Below, piece by piece: positions 1-13,289 of a stretch of 64,000 nucleotides of DNA. Source of the DNA: Phoronis australis (taxonomy: Eukaryota; Animalia; Phoronida); the NCBI GenBank assembly GCA_002633005.1, contig NMRA01000482.1, forward strand, positions 77,462 to 141,461, in the 5' to 3' direction. Both the position numbers and the translations under genes were made by a program. The stretch's first letter is position 1. The number at the start of each line of letters is the position of its first letter. The notes below the pieces were generated by a model. It saw only the letters and a program-made list of their open reading frames with translations, did no database searches and had not been told where the DNA came from.

Positions 1-3000
1 TTAAACCTGCATTTCAAAGCAAAAAAAAATATAACTGGTTTTTAAAACTTGATGCAACATATGGAAATATTGGTTGGGGCGTCACACTTTATGGAATCTA
101 ATTTCATTGTTTTACAACGTGTTTTGTTCCATTTCCAATTTGCAAAATCGGCGAGATTTTAAAGTCAAACATCAAGGAAACGCGTGCTAAGTTCAAAAGT
201 GGTGACTGTGAAATCCATTGTCTGGTGGATAAAAACGGCAAACCGGTTACCAAAACGTCTCGGTTTTATAAGGCTTTTGACTGTGTGCAAATTTTACGAA
301 AGTCGACGCAACAGCACGCCATGTGTTCCAAGCCCAGATCGTGACAGAACAGAAGCGGAAGTCAGAATGTGTTACTATAATTGCGCTAAAATGAGCCCAA
401 CTTGAATGCAAGCAAGTCGATCGTTGATTGCGTCTTGCGCGCTTGTCTCTATTCGCTAATGTAGAATCATAAAATGGATCTTCCATTGTGTCAAAACCGA
501 CGAAGCATTACTTTATTAAGAGTCCCTTTAACAATTGACAAGTTAAAGTTCAAAATAAAGTCAACGTTTTAGCGATCCTGACTTTAAAAGGTTTTTAAAC
601 TATGTTCGCATTACTCCACACAATCCACTTACAAACTTTTTATGTATGCTGTTGGCCGTCGAAGTCTGCTGTGTTTTCAGGGAGCTGAAAGATAAGATTC
701 GACAATTGTAGCAAGACTCGTAAAACTGCAAGTGTACTTGCGAGGGACTAGATTGCACCATACAGATGACATCTGACATTTCTGCATTAGCTTTTTCGAA
801 GTGTTCACAACGTTAGCGACGGAATAAGGATAAGCCTTAGTCAAAACAAGGATAATAAAAGAGCCCATACATGTACAATACCAAAGATTTCCAAAAGAGT
901 GCACTGTGTGATTTTGACGCTCTAGCTCCGAAGATTGCTCGAAAGAGCGACTTTTGGAAAACATACATGTACTCATCTGTTACATCTGAAGAATGGTGTG
1001 AAAGTTTGTACGCAGTATTCTACAAATTTATCGCGGTCTCGAGAGCAATGTCAAATTTATGGTGTATGCTATGTCAAGGCAAATGTAATCAGATATAGCG
1101 AAAGGATAATTCTATATTTTTTGTTATGGTACAGCCACTGATGCTTTGTTCCATTGAGTTCCTAACCTATTAGATTGGCTGCAGTCATCGCTGTTTACAC
1201 GATAGGGATTATGATTTCTCTATTCTGGTACCCGCAGAATATCTGCAAAAGTAGATTCTACTTCAACTGCCGGTACCGTCGAATAGTTACTGCAGTTTGT
1301 AATTATTTAGCATATCACGCTCATACATGTATATAGCGACATCAGAAGTCCGATCAGCTTGATCAACTGGTTATCTGGGAAACATCGCCCGATAACAGAT
1401 AGAATCAGTGGTTGTACATATTTGCATAAAGTTCTTAAAGTACACGACCTTCGATGATTCATGCTCGCATATTTTATTTCGTGTTACAATTGTAGTAAAA
1501 TTGACTGAGCTCAGCGAAGGTGTTTTAGCACTTGGAGAGTATGAGACGTAGCGTGTCACGGACTGTTAATGTGATCAGCGTGGGACAATAACTTCAACGT
1601 ATACAATAAAAGAACGAAAAAAACAAAGTGCCAGCTCGCGCAATCAACATATTTGCAGCCAACAAGTGGCATGATGGAGGGAAATCGTTCAAAACCACAC
1701 TTTGTTAGACATACAATTGCACAGAAAGCGGGTAGCCTGGCACTACACAGTTCAACTGTTTTGGAGACACTGGACAGTGCTCTTGTATAGGGGTCATTGT
1801 ATGTAAATTTCTTGATATAGAATTAGTCATTTTTCAGAATATGTTACACGTGCACCTTCTTCAAATCAATTTTCTACTCAACTTCGGTACCAAATGAAAG
1901 GTACTTGAGCTATACTTGATTATATATTACCATGGTAACACAGCATGAGCCCTTCCTGTATTTTGGGATAAGTTTCGGATAAACTCCTCCAGAGCCAGTG
2001 TATACTTATCTGTTAATTTGTGCGCTGTTGATTACATTACTATTTTACAACGAATAGTAACAGAACGGCCTTTACCATAATTTTAGAAATTCTGAGAGAC
2101 ACGAAAAGGTAGACTGTCACGTACTGAAATACTAAGCTCGTTTTATTCAGCTCTGCCATTTATAAAATACTAAACAGAATTCGAAACAAAGGTAAACATT
2201 TTTTCATACACCCATTCACACTGCCACGAAAGGTAGCACTATATGTGGAATGTTGTTTAACATGGCTTCTTATTGGTTAAAGTAATGAAATTAATGTCAT
2301 AACATTCAGTCTTTCCCATTGGTTGAAATCTGGGAAACCCCTTTCAGTTTATTTTTACCTAGTATGGCGACAACCTTTGACTTGAATAGTTGCAATTTAT
2401 TAAAACGGGCAGTGATCGAACAAAACAAATTCAAGAAACCCCGATCCAGTTCCTTAAGCGCAAACAAGTACTGTGCATAGAAGTCGTATGCAAGTGGTGG
2501 CGATGTGATAGGTCCAAGCACGCGCATTGATGCTCACACACGGAATTCCGTGTGTCGTTTATCGTGTTTCCACAGGGCCAGGTTTCAGTATAGGTAGTGT
2601 TGTGTCAGAGGGTAATTTTTAAACTGCTCGCACTAGGCGATATGGCAACATATATCCTCTGGCACCACCAATGTAAAAACGCCGGCCAGTGGCCGATTTT
2701 AGCAACTGACCAAAGGGTTACTCGAAAAAAAGTTTGATTGCCGGAGCATTTGTTCTAGCTGGGATGAGTTAAGGACATCAGCGACTTCCTAAGATGTCCT
2801 TCTGTGCGCAAAGTACTTATAGCAACATGACTGATATTTTAATCATTGCCGGAGGCATAATTCTCTTGATTGCGCCTTTGCGCCATTAGCACATAAAAAA
2901 TAAAAATGCACAAGTATATTGCAGCAGTGCGCTCTCCTCAGGTTGCATCTTTTAAAACACAACACTTGTAAAAACACAAAATTTTGATCAACCTACAGCC

Positions 3001-3015
3001 ATTCGGGAAAAAATT

Positions 3016-3079
3016 GACTCTGTTGTTATTTCGATTGCCCTTGGGGTGACTCTGTTGTTATTTCGATTGCCCTTGGGGT
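3016..3079. repeat. Short direct tandem duplication (2 x ~31 bp)
   Basis: TGACTCTGTTGTTATTTCGATTGCCCTTGGGG occurs twice back to back. Confidence 0.9.
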
Positions 3080-3605
3080 TCCTGTTTTATATGTTGCCCC
3101 TTTAATTACACTTGGTGTCCCAGGCTCAACTTTTTTGAAAAACGCACACGTTTATCCTCAGGTACATACCAAGGTATAGGTTCAATCCTGGTCAGGAATA
3201 TCCCTGGATCGGTATTAGATTTGGACGCAGTGCCCTCAGTTGAGCGAATGTGCCAAAATGTATCCCGACCTCGGAGGTCTTTTATATTTGCGCATATCAA
3301 TGCAAATTTCGAACTTCAAAGCAAATGTTGCGAATACGAGTTTTGGAATACGTTAGGCTGAAACTACAAATTGTTCTTGACCAAAGTCCTTTTGTAGTAA
3401 CGATTGAAGAGATATGAAACACCCCCAACGGGTGTTCTGGGTGGCTTCTCGTCACTTCTGTCTTACTCTTGGTAGCAATTTTCTGCCAATTAAGTGAAGA
3501 ATTTCTCAAGAAGCTTTCTAAGGGCACCCTCTTTTGGAAATCTCCGGAACTGATATTAATAATCCTAATTACCGAACCATGATGATTTTGTTATAGTGAT
3601 GGAGA

Positions 3606-3928
3606 TTATCCTGGTAGGTTTTTTGGTGGTTTTCGTGCAGGTGGACTTGGTAGTGGTTTTTGTGCCCGTTCAACAGCTCCTCGTGGTGGTGCTGTTGGTG
3701 CTCGGCGGCGACGAGACCAAAACGACGACGATGTTGGTGCCATTGATGACACAGGTGACGTATCAGGTGCTGGTGGAAAGGTTGTTTGTGGGGCTGGTGC
3801 TGCTGGTGTTGATTGTGGGGCTGGTCCTGCTGGTGTCGATTGTGGGGCTGGTGCTGCTGTTGTCGTTGGTGGCGCTGGTGCTGCTGGTGTCGACGCCGTT
3901 GATGGTTGTACTGTACGCAATGGTGGAG
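3606..3928 (-). CDS. Candidate terminal exon of an uncharacterised gene; Pro/Thr/Ala-rich (mucin-like) segment plus basic C-terminus
   Basis: Acceptor ...ttaccatactgcag|CT (phase 1). Open frame (A)PPLRTVQPSTASTPAAPAPPTTTAAPAPQSTPAGPAPQSTPAAPAPQTT...RRRRAPTAPPRG...PPKNLPG*. Phase fits the donor of the 9192-9508 exon. Confidence 0.55.
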
Positions 3929-3959
3929 CTGCAGTATGGTAACAAAAACAAAACATCAT

Positions 3960-3962
<3 letters not shown>

Positions 3963-4001
<39 letters not shown>
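3963..4001. repeat. (TA)n microsatellite
   Basis: Long run of TA dinucleotides. Confidence 0.97.
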
Positions 4002-4553
4002 TGATAATTTGACAGAATTATAACGAAGTGATAATATAAGATTAATGATATTAACAGAAACAACGGCAACTGGGCGACGAAGAAGAATAGAGCGATGCAG
4101 GAGTATCAGTAGAAACACTAACATCTTCATTAAAGTTACTACCGAGGATGTCCGAAAGAGCTCTCACCAACATGAAGTCGCCATCACCCAGCATGGTCGG
4201 AAACAAGGATAAAAGCGTCCCCTTCAATTCCCTTTGCGAGATAGTTTTTCGTTTCGAGCATGATATAATATAAGTAATTAAAACGTGACAACATGTCATG
4301 AATTTTTCAGTTTTGGTCTTTAAAGAGACAGTCAAGTATTTCACGTTTATCGACGACGTGTCAACGGAGGCATCGCCGGAATCAGTTAATTGCCGCCGGT
4401 GAAACCTATGGCGCGCTCCTTAGATTAGAGAACCTCACAGAAACGCAAGCCATCGCGAGATATCGCCTGACGTGTTACAGTCGAAACACGTGATCACACC
4501 AGATTCCTGCGTTTAAAGAGCTTTACCCTAGCTGGTATTCCAACAATAGCAAA

Positions 4554-4855
4554 CATGCGCGCACCCAGGGGTGCTCGGAGGGCTCGAACGAGCCCCCATT
4601 TGGCAAAGTGGGCAAAAAGGTCCACCTCAGAAAAACAAAAAGTCCGACAAAAGTCCACTAAAAAGGCAGGAACTACCAAACTTCGGCGAATGCATAATTC
4701 TTAGTTCTGAACGTACTCCGTTTTTAGTAAAAGTTCCACAATCTTTTTCGGTAAAATGTCCGCATGTTTTTTAGTAAAATGTCCACTTTTTAGTAAAAGG
4801 TCCACATTCACAACTGAAGATTCGAGCCCCCATTTTTGTGCTGGGTGCGCGCGTG
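4554..4855 (+). mobile_element. Non-autonomous TIR element (MITE), CATG-terminal family
   Basis: TIRs CATGCGCGCACCCAG / CTGGGTGCGCGCGTG; flanks GCAAA / CCAAA (5-bp TSD, 1 mismatch). A related inverted copy is at 25677-25934. Confidence 0.8.
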
Positions 4856-5860
4856 CCAAAGATAAAATCTAGGTAGAAACAAATCACAGCGTCCATCGAC
4901 GCCACCATAACTGATTTGCAATCAATAATCTGGAACGCAGTCATTTGCTCCTGTTATAACACTTATAAATACCACTCTTGAATGAGGGCGCTTTTGAAGG
5001 GCAATGCTCTTTTCCGAAAAAAGCCCCATCATTGTCTTTGCCGGAAAGCCTCCTGCGTGTTTTTGTGGACGCAAAATCCCCGCTAATAAATGCAATAATG
5101 ATACATGTATAGTAGTATTTTTATATAATCGGTACAAACTTGTTGTCGATAGATCACGCTATGCATGAACAACTTGATCCTCTGTTGAGTTTTTCTTGCT
5201 ACTACTGTGACCAGTGGCGGATTTAAGGGGAGGGGGCCAAGGGGGCCATGCCCCCCGAAAAATTCTCCCAGATTCCATTTGGCAGTTGGAATGTCTGACC
5301 GACAAAATCCTGGTCTGCCCCCCCCCCCCNGAACGTACTCCGTTTTTAGTAAAAGTTCCACAATCTTTTTCGGTAAAATGTCCGCATGTTTTTTAGTAAA
5401 ATGTCCACTTTTTAGTAAATGGTCCACATTCACAACTGAAGATTCGAGCCCCAATTTTTGTGCTGGGTGCGCGTGTGCCAAAGATAAAATCTAGGTAGAA
5501 ACAAATCACAGTGTCCATCGACGCCACCATAACTGATTTGCAATCAATAATCTGGAACGCAGTCATTTTCTCCTGTTACAACACTTATAAATACCACTCT
5601 TGAATGAGGGCGCTTTTGAAGGGCAATGCTCTTTTCCGAAAAAAGCCCCATCATTTTCTTTGCCGGAAAGCCTCCTGCGTGCTTTTTGTGGACGCAAAAT
5701 CCCCGCTAACAAATGCAATAATGATACATGTATAGTAGTATTTTTATATAATCGGTACAAACTTGTTGTCGATAGATCACGCTATGCATGAACAACTTGA
5801 TCCTCTGTTGAGTTTTTCGTGCTACTGCTGTGACCAGTGGCGGATTTAAGGGGAGGGGGN
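4709..5860. repeat. Near-identical tandem duplication (~0.55-0.6 kb) around N at 5330; probable allelic/assembly overlap
   Basis: Sequence from GAACGTACTCCG (4709) recurs immediately after the N (5331) with a few SNPs/indels and runs to the next N gap. Confidence 0.8.
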
Positions 5861-5908
5861 NNNNNNNNNNNNNNNCCCCCCCCACTTAAAATCCTAGATC
5901 CTCGCCTG
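5835..5908 (+). mobile_element. Mini TIR element (CAGTGGCGGATTT...CCTG), gap inside; a longer version starts at ~5212
   Basis: Termini CAGTGGCGGATTTAAG and CCTAGATCCTCGCCTG; exact 5-bp TSD GTGAC on both sides. Confidence 0.75.
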
Positions 5909-8900
5909 GTGACCATAGACTACAGTAAAGTACAGTACAGTACATGGACCGCCAACTCAATGCACAACCTCTAAGATTTTGCTCACGAACCGCGACCGTC
6001 AAAACTGGCCGCAACGCCACTATTCATTACTATATAGTGGCTCCTGGTGTAATGCACGTTTCACTTGCGGTAAGTGCGTCATTTGCTCAGCTCACTAAAC
6101 GGGAGCTACACTGTATAGAGTTGTGAATTGGACGAGAGTGGTGCCTCCTCTTGTAATTTCATGGAAAGATACCGGGTTACAGGCCCATGGCCGGATAGTC
6201 AAAAACCTAACATGACACCAAGTATTCTTCAGGGTGTATTTTTGAAAACGGGGAGACATATTTTCGGAAACTGTCAAACAATTTATGATGCAATTTTAAA
6301 ACAAATAGTTAGTATTAATTATTCACCCAAGAATGTTTTCGAATAACGTAAAAGTGAATAGCCCTTCTGTAAAAGGGTGTCGGCTTGTATTGATAAAGAA
6401 TCCATGCAAAAAGCCCATGTATGCAAGAATCATTTTTGTTCAGTAGTCGGTGAATTGTTTAAATGCGTCCTATTTAATGTATGAAGTTGTTTCTCAATAG
6501 CAGAGAGGATTTTATTGTCCATGCATGTGCTGTTTTCGCATTCAGCACACACAGCGCCATATAACTGTCGTTCACACTGTGCTACGGTTAGTTTTCAACA
6601 GTGTTTCCCATTATGTCATGCCACCTCAGGTAGAAACACGATTCCATTACGTAATGCCTTGCCAAATACATACGCATAAATTGTTTAGAACAATCCAACA
6701 GATTTTCAAAACATACAAACAGTTTCCAATGTTTTTTTGGAAAATTCTCCGAACTTTCGGAAATTTGGACGGTTTAGGCAAATGGTGGGACGGTGTCGTG
6801 CCATAGCAATTTTGCAAAATTAGATGAATGTATTCAAAAGTCAAAGCCGGCAGGCATGGACATGGTTGGACATTATTGACGGTCCTGATTACAGTCCAGG
6901 TGCTGGGCAGAAGGTCATGTACATGGAGGATTTTATCCCGACACTGTGGTTCCGCACACTGGTCTTTAACTGACACCACTGCAATCAAAACTCAGAAAGT
7001 ATAAACTAAGGAGATAATGCATATGTCGTGTTTTGAAAATTTAAAGACGTTTAAATTTGTTGCCGGCATTCGTTCGCATTATGGGCAGTAAACAACGTTC
7101 GTCACAAGCCGTACAAGTAAGCTTCCCCAGTGAGAAGGGTGTGGGAAAGCTAGCCCTCTACGTGGAAACCATCATTATGTGTTAACCAAGCTTAGGTGGA
7201 AGCACCTTGCTTCATATTTTGCAAAAATCTAGTTTTTTTCAATGTGAGTGCACGTGATTGTCTTCGCCAATTCTGCGAGCACACCTGATGGCGACCTCTA
7301 TATATGTTTACCAATCAGACGTATAAGCTGGTTGACTTGTCGCAACCGGCGAAGTTATTCAAGTGCACCTGAGACTACCCGCTGGTTCCCCACGTGCCTT
7401 GCCAGCACTCACTCAGGTATCACGCAATGGCACGCGCTTTAGCATTGGTTAATGCAACTTCGGTAGTCATTTTGTTAGCTTTACAACAACGTGAAAAAAT
7501 GGCGGACTACGAACGATTTTAGCCTTTTCATGCCGCAAGTGGCGTAGCACCAACTATTTCGTTTCTGCAGTGATGTTTAATGAGCCGCGTGCTTGAAGCA
7601 CACAATAAACACGTACATGTACTCTGACCAATTTAACGGTGTGTTATTCAAACTAGATCATAAACAAAAGTCATCGATAGTAGAAAAATGCACTCCGAAA
7701 TCGACGCAACCACAATTTCTGGGATTCACATTTTCCTTAACATAAATTTAAGCACCGATTTGTCTGTACCACAGACCACGTTTACACTCCCTCCATCACA
7801 TGCCAGTTTGTTTGCGTAAAGCGCTCATGCCTGTTGAGAATTCGACCAGCCACTCAGAAACGCCGGTCTAAAATAAATTCTCGAGGAAAATTAAGTGATA
7901 CCTGCATGCTGGCTACCATCTAGCGGCCCGCAGGGAACCTGCGAGCTGAGACTACTCACAGAAGTGCGTCTTATGCTTATTCCCAATTCAATCACGACAT
8001 CTGTTGGGCGGATTGTGACACTAATTGAGCAGTGGAGTAGCCAATGAGATCAATATAGATATACGCTCATTGAGGTTAGCCACCTTGGGACGGCCGAAGG
8101 GGGCTATGATCCCACTCGTTCCGTCAAAGAAGTTAGTCACTAGGCCCGTGAACGTGCATGGGCAACTTATAATTTATTGAACAAATAAGAACTATCACTC
8201 AGAGAATATATAGGCGCACGTGAGCTCCGGAGTCAACGTGTGAAGCCGCACATGTCAGCCTTATGAGCAAGTAAAGCCAAAAGCCTCACTTGGCGCTGGT
8301 CGCATTTGACTTGCTTGGCCGTGAGAAGACATTTAGTTCTCAAAATTCTGACACATTTTACGGAAACTGCCGGAATATCACGAGTGATATTAGAGTCATG
8401 TTATTTTTGAAATTTGTTGTAGTACAACACAAAAAATCAAAATAAGCACTTTTATCCAGCAATTTAGGTTTAGATCATTGAAAAATTGGTGTATTTCAAT
8501 GAACACAAAAGCAGATTCACTTGCAGATTGTTTCAATAAAACATAATTGACGAAATTCACGCGAGCATTTTTTATTTCAAACAATAGCAAAAACATCTTC
8601 TTCTGTCGAATCACGAATGGAAGCAACAACAACGCATTTGAAAATAGCTACAATGTGAGTTTGAATCTTGTTAATTTCCAGAAAAAAACAAACTTACATC
8701 TGTATCACATCCAATAGGGACAAGAATCTTCAGGAACTTGTATCGCCTTAGTCAGCGGTTAACGGTCTACCGCCAACCAGCGCTCAGAAACTTGGGATAT
8801 CTCCTCACCAAGCCTCAACTGACTAAACCCACTTTGAGGTTTGGGGACAAGGCTGATATAATAGAGATAATAGAGTGCTTCCGAATTATATCATTTATCC

Positions 8901-9191
8901 GCCATGTTAGAGGATAAACATTTCAGTATGTTATCGTGAAGCCTAGATAAGTTTCTACATGAATTCTGAGTCGCTGCCATCTCGTTTCACTGAAATTTTA
9001 GAACAGATTGGAACGTTCTGAAATGGATCCGCGAGTTTGGTGTAACAGGCCTCTTTCCAACTTAGGGTATCGATTTGCTTATGCGTATGCGCCAATTGTC
9101 TCGGTAGGTTGCTTAGAAAAAACTCTGAGAAAAGTAAGTGATTAAGTTATCAAAATGGAAACTGTGATGATTTAGGAAAAAGCCACCATAC

Positions 9192-9508
9192 CTGTTGGAG
9201 GATATACGTACTGCCGCGGATTGTGATTCATTTGCACAGTCACGTGGTGTTTCTTGTTCCTCTCGTCGACGAAAGTGAGAGTCGCGTGGCATTTTGTGTG
9301 TTCAAAAAATCCTTCGTGTCCTTGAATATTGACAGAGAAATCGAATTCTTTTACGTGGTCAACCTCTTGCCCGGCTGGAATCTCGTAAACAAACTTTCGA
9401 GACATAACTTGGGTATCTTTGTAAGGTGTTGAAAAGGATATCGTCGTTCTGAAAATCAAACGTTTTTTCACGTCTTGGTTAATCGTTTCAAGCCCAAATG
9501 AGTATATT
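9192..9508 (-). CDS. Candidate internal exon (317 nt, phase 2 to 1) of the uncharacterised minus-strand gene
   Basis: Acceptor tcctttatttag| and donor CAG|gtatgg. Stop-free frame IYSFGLETINQDVKKRLIFRTTISFSTPYKDTQVMSRKFVYEIPAGQEVDHVKEFDFSVNIQGHEGFFEHTKCHATLTFVDERNKKHHVTVQMNHNPRQYVYPPT with globular, beta-strand-like composition. Confidence 0.6.
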
Positions 9509-10220
9509 CTAAATAAAGGAATTAATATATATGTTATTCAAAGAAAATCATGGAATGCTGTAACGCGATTGGCTAATTTTAAGCTGGCAGGTGTCACCCG
9601 CTAGTGCGACATCAGCAGTTGAGTGATTGCGGCGTTGCTTCTGGAAAGCGAAGAGTTGAAAGGCAAGCAATTGGTTTTAGGGACAACAACGTATGCAGGA
9701 TTGACGACTTGATCTGATGACGTTCAATCAAAGCAATAAAGGACCGCAGGAAAGCGGGAGGACGAGCCTCCAATAATTTGCAGGGGTAACGTTGAAACCG
9801 TTGCGATTGGTATAGACGATGGGCCGGAGCCGTCGAGAAAAGAATAAGTTACAGCGAAATACGTAGTCGAGAGAAAATTTGTCAACTTCCAGGTTTTACC
9901 CTTTGAGTTTTTTTGCAGTATAATAAAAGATACTCTTAACCCACTTCAAACTGTGCTATTGATTATGATGCATGCTTCCAAAAAGTCCGAAAGAGTTTGT
10001 CATGTATGAATTTTTAAGATCAAAATGATTGGGACTGTTAAAATTCTAGAAAACAATTATTGGACGAAAACTGCCCTTCACTAGGGAAGTTCGCTCAAGC
10101 AAGGAACAATGCAGCCACCCGTAGTTCTCCGTCTTCCGCTTTTTTGAAACTGTCGCTTGATATTAAATCGGAGCCTGAAGGAGAGGTGTCTTGATAATAG
10201 CATCAATTGCTGCTCATTAC

Positions 10221-10442
10221 CTTTTTGATGCTATATTTGTTTTGAAATTTACGCCTCTCGGCCCTTAGAGGGGACCTGTTCATGGCATGCATAGCCACCT
10301 TTCTTGTTGTTATTGCTTTCCTGAAGTAGCCGCTTACGGAGGGGTCCGTTTTAGTTTCCCGCGAAACATCGGAGCAGTGCGAATATTTCGCAAGTTTGCA
10401 CTGCTCTATAGAGTTAACGTGAACAATACATTTTCCCATTTC
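10221..10442 (-). CDS. Candidate internal exon (222 nt, phase 0-0) of the same uncharacterised gene
   Basis: Acceptor ttccctag|GAA, donor AAG|gtaatg, open frame EMGKCIVHVNSIEQCK...KYSIKK. The link to the 9508 acceptor is not resolved. Confidence 0.35.
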
Positions 10443-10759
10443 CTAGGGAAGCTGTCATACACAATTTTTTTATGCAATTAATTTTTTAGCATTATAGTAC
10501 CCATAAATATGTAAAAAGCTTTTGAACATAAGGTTTATGTTTGTTTCATGAATCCGTGTAAATGTACTGTTTGGCTAGTAATACCAAATTGTTAAATAGA
10601 AAATCATGTTTCTTATAAAATCCAAGGATAACATTTTTGGGAAAGGGACAGTTGGGAAGCTGAATGAGAAACTTTTGAAGTAGTTTTCTGAATTCCTTTC
10701 AAAAATCTTGTACACGGCAACATTCCCGAAAACGGTGTTACAGCGTCTCTGGGGCTTTA

Positions 10760-11745
10760 TTACGAAAGGAACATAAATTAGAATCCCGAACTAGGATTTT
10801 GACTAAAAATTAATATTTGTTGCAACAATCCAGTGTAATATTCTAAATTGGAACCATCTATTGTCGAGATCCTTTGAAATTTCATACGGCTATGGGTATG
10901 CTTTCTTCCAGTCCAAGCTATCTCGTAATGTCATTAAAGACAGAACAAATAATGTCTACAGCCTCTCAAATATCTTTCCGTAAGTGAGTAATTTCAAAAG
11001 GCATACAGGGAGAATAGATATTAACACTTAAATTTACTTTTAAGATAGACTTTTTTGAAACGCTCTTAGAACAGAAACAACACCATTATATTCTAAAAAG
11101 TTGGGTTTTACATCGAACCCATTTATCATGTTCTAAACTAAAGAAAACGCTATCAGAGGTATACGTACATTGTATCTCTGATAAATCTTAAGCCTTTTAC
11201 AATCCATGACTTATAATGAAACACTTCTGCCTCCGATCCTCAAGTTACTATTAAACAACAAAGGTTGGTCCAAAAAGCGTTCTTTACTCGAAGCAATTAT
11301 TTTCTTATACAAAGATGTCATACTTCCAAATACGTCGCATAAGTAAGAATTATCAATTAGAGTTGATTACCAATTTCGACTTAATAAAGTCTTCTCTAAA
11401 TGAAGCAAAATTCTTCAAGAACAGGTAGAGTGCGTTTAGTAACTGACCAATTTTAGACGCAGGGCTTTCAAGATATCTACAGACCATGGCGAGTCTTAAA
11501 GCTTTGATGAATGTTTGTACATTGACCATTTGAGGTCCCCCTTGATCTAGACCTAAACAGGCCGTAGTTCGTTTAATTTTATCATTACGAGCCTGCCATA
11601 TAAATCTAAAGAATATTGTATTTAATCCATTCACGACTTTTACTGGTGGATTTGGTTAACTTGACAACAAAAAATAAGTTTAGAAATGGCTAACGTTGTA
11701 ATTACAGTTACTCTTCCAAGAGGATGGGTGACTATTTACGACAAC
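10760..11745 (-). mobile_element. Decayed L1/Tx1-clade LINE ORF2 fragment (region C-terminal to RT)
   Basis: Translation ..LGRVTVITTLAISKLIF..PNPPVKVVNGLNTIFFRFIWQARNDKIKR..GGPQMVNVQTFIKALRL matches the typical L1/Tx1 post-RT motifs (FIW, KIKR, GG, KAL). Stops and frameshifts are present. Confidence 0.8.
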
Positions 11746-12383
11746 ACACGACTTGATATTACTAAAAAAAAGACTTTTACCCACTTTCTGATCAATCAAC
11801 TAAAATTCTGGAAAGATAAGTTTTACACGAATAAATTCTGAACATTTCTTGGGAGAGCACCCTCACACCCATGTGCGATGACCCTTTCGCTTGCCCGTCA
11901 ATTACATGTACATGTATCTGCGCTTGCCTTCGGAGATTCCTTGGAAACTCCATACAGTGAACTGCGGATACAATACATAAAATCTTGCAAATTATGGCTT
12001 CGTGCTTTATTTTTTATAAATTGTGACGGTTTCAAAATGTCAATACTTGTGTTCTTGTAATCTGTCAGAAGGTTCATTCGTGTCTGATTCACATGTGGAT
12101 TTTGACGCAGACTAGTGACATTTGGTCCGTTTTAAATTACAATCCCCATTCCTTGCAGCAGCCCCCTGAAACTTGAGTTCCTCTGTCTTGAAATAGCATC
12201 CACAGCAATATACAAGACTTCCCGGAACGTCACCTTTCAAAGTGTAGCCTCAATCCGTGACCCTAATGCCGTGAACGTTCTCCAAACTGGACTCTTAAAA
12301 TGGGGAATCAGTCCTTTTGTCTCATTTTTACACTCCTAAATTGGCAAGAAAAAACAAGAGAAGTTTCCAAGACGATGTTTCTC

Positions 12384-12575
12384 AGTGCTGTAGTGAGGCG
12401 TAGGCGCACATAGGCGCAGCCAACCACCTTTTTACAATTTAACGTAGCGCCTACGCACCGTAAGTTACGGTATAGTGGGACGTAGACGCACGTAGGGGCA
12501 CACAATAACATTTGACATTTTAACGTAGCCCGTACACACCGTAATTTAAATGACGGTATAGTGGGACGTAGTCTT
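12384..12575. mobile_element. Partial MITE (CAGTGCTGTAGTG terminus), related to 49156-49342
   Basis: Shares the terminal CAGTGCTGTAGTG and internal GCGTAGGCGCA/CCTACGCACCGTAA motifs with the 49.2-kb copy. Confidence 0.6.
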
Positions 12576-12989
12576 CTTAATAAGACAGCTTACGGTATTG
12601 ATACGCTGATACGCTGACGGCAGCATTGTTGCCGAATATTTCGGCGCGCGCGATCGCCAGGCATGCTTTGACGAGCCCATGATTGGCAAAACTCGGGTAT
12701 AAAAGTAAACAGCTTCATTTCATTGAACGCACTATATCAACATTTGGAGATAAATTAAGACACAAACACTAATTCGTGAGATCGGAGCATGTTTTTGGGA
12801 TTACTACGATATTTGAAAATTCCCACCATTCAGAATCTTGCGCTGATGCACAATATGCTAGAACTCTCAAGCCTGTTATTATCATAGTTATTTATTATAG
12901 TGACATAAGGGTGCCAGTAAATACAATATCAAAGACAGAACATTCACCACACACCCCAGCCTCAATGGGCTTACTCAGTCACCTAATAA

Positions 12990-13240
12990 TAATTAAATCA
13001 TTACATAACATATTGCACAAGCTCAAATATGACCACTTCGGACTAGTTTATGAACAAATAATTACTTTTAACCTGCAAAGCGTCTTGAATGAATTTAGCT
13101 AGAACTTTCAAGTTATTTTGAAATATTTGAGGTAGGGCAGAATCCCGTATAAAACATGGTCGAATGTGAGTACATTTTTCACAATCAAAAATGAAATGAA
13201 CTTCATCTTTAATTCCGTTTTTTTTCTGTTTGTGGATGTA
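12990..13240 (-). mobile_element. 3' remnant of a CR1/L2-like LINE
   Basis: GIKDEVHFIFDCEKCTHIR resembles the (I/V)EDExHFxxxCxxYxxxR motif at the C-terminus of CR1-group ORF2. Confidence 0.55.
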
Positions 13241-13289
13241 TAATGCCGAAATACAACTATGATACAAACAGAAAACCTCATTCGTGGGA

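Noticed and set aside
600-3530. Several short protein-like ORFs (871-1098, 2306-2527, 3106-3527) as a possible endogenous viral remnant
   Set aside because: No recognisable motif, many stops and no consistent splice chain; it cannot be supported without a frameshift-aware homology search.
3596-4012. Plus-strand 138-aa Val/Leu-rich ORF resembling a membrane protein
   Set aside because: It is the antisense shadow of the Pro/Thr/Ala-rich minus-strand exon and runs into the (TA)n microsatellite.
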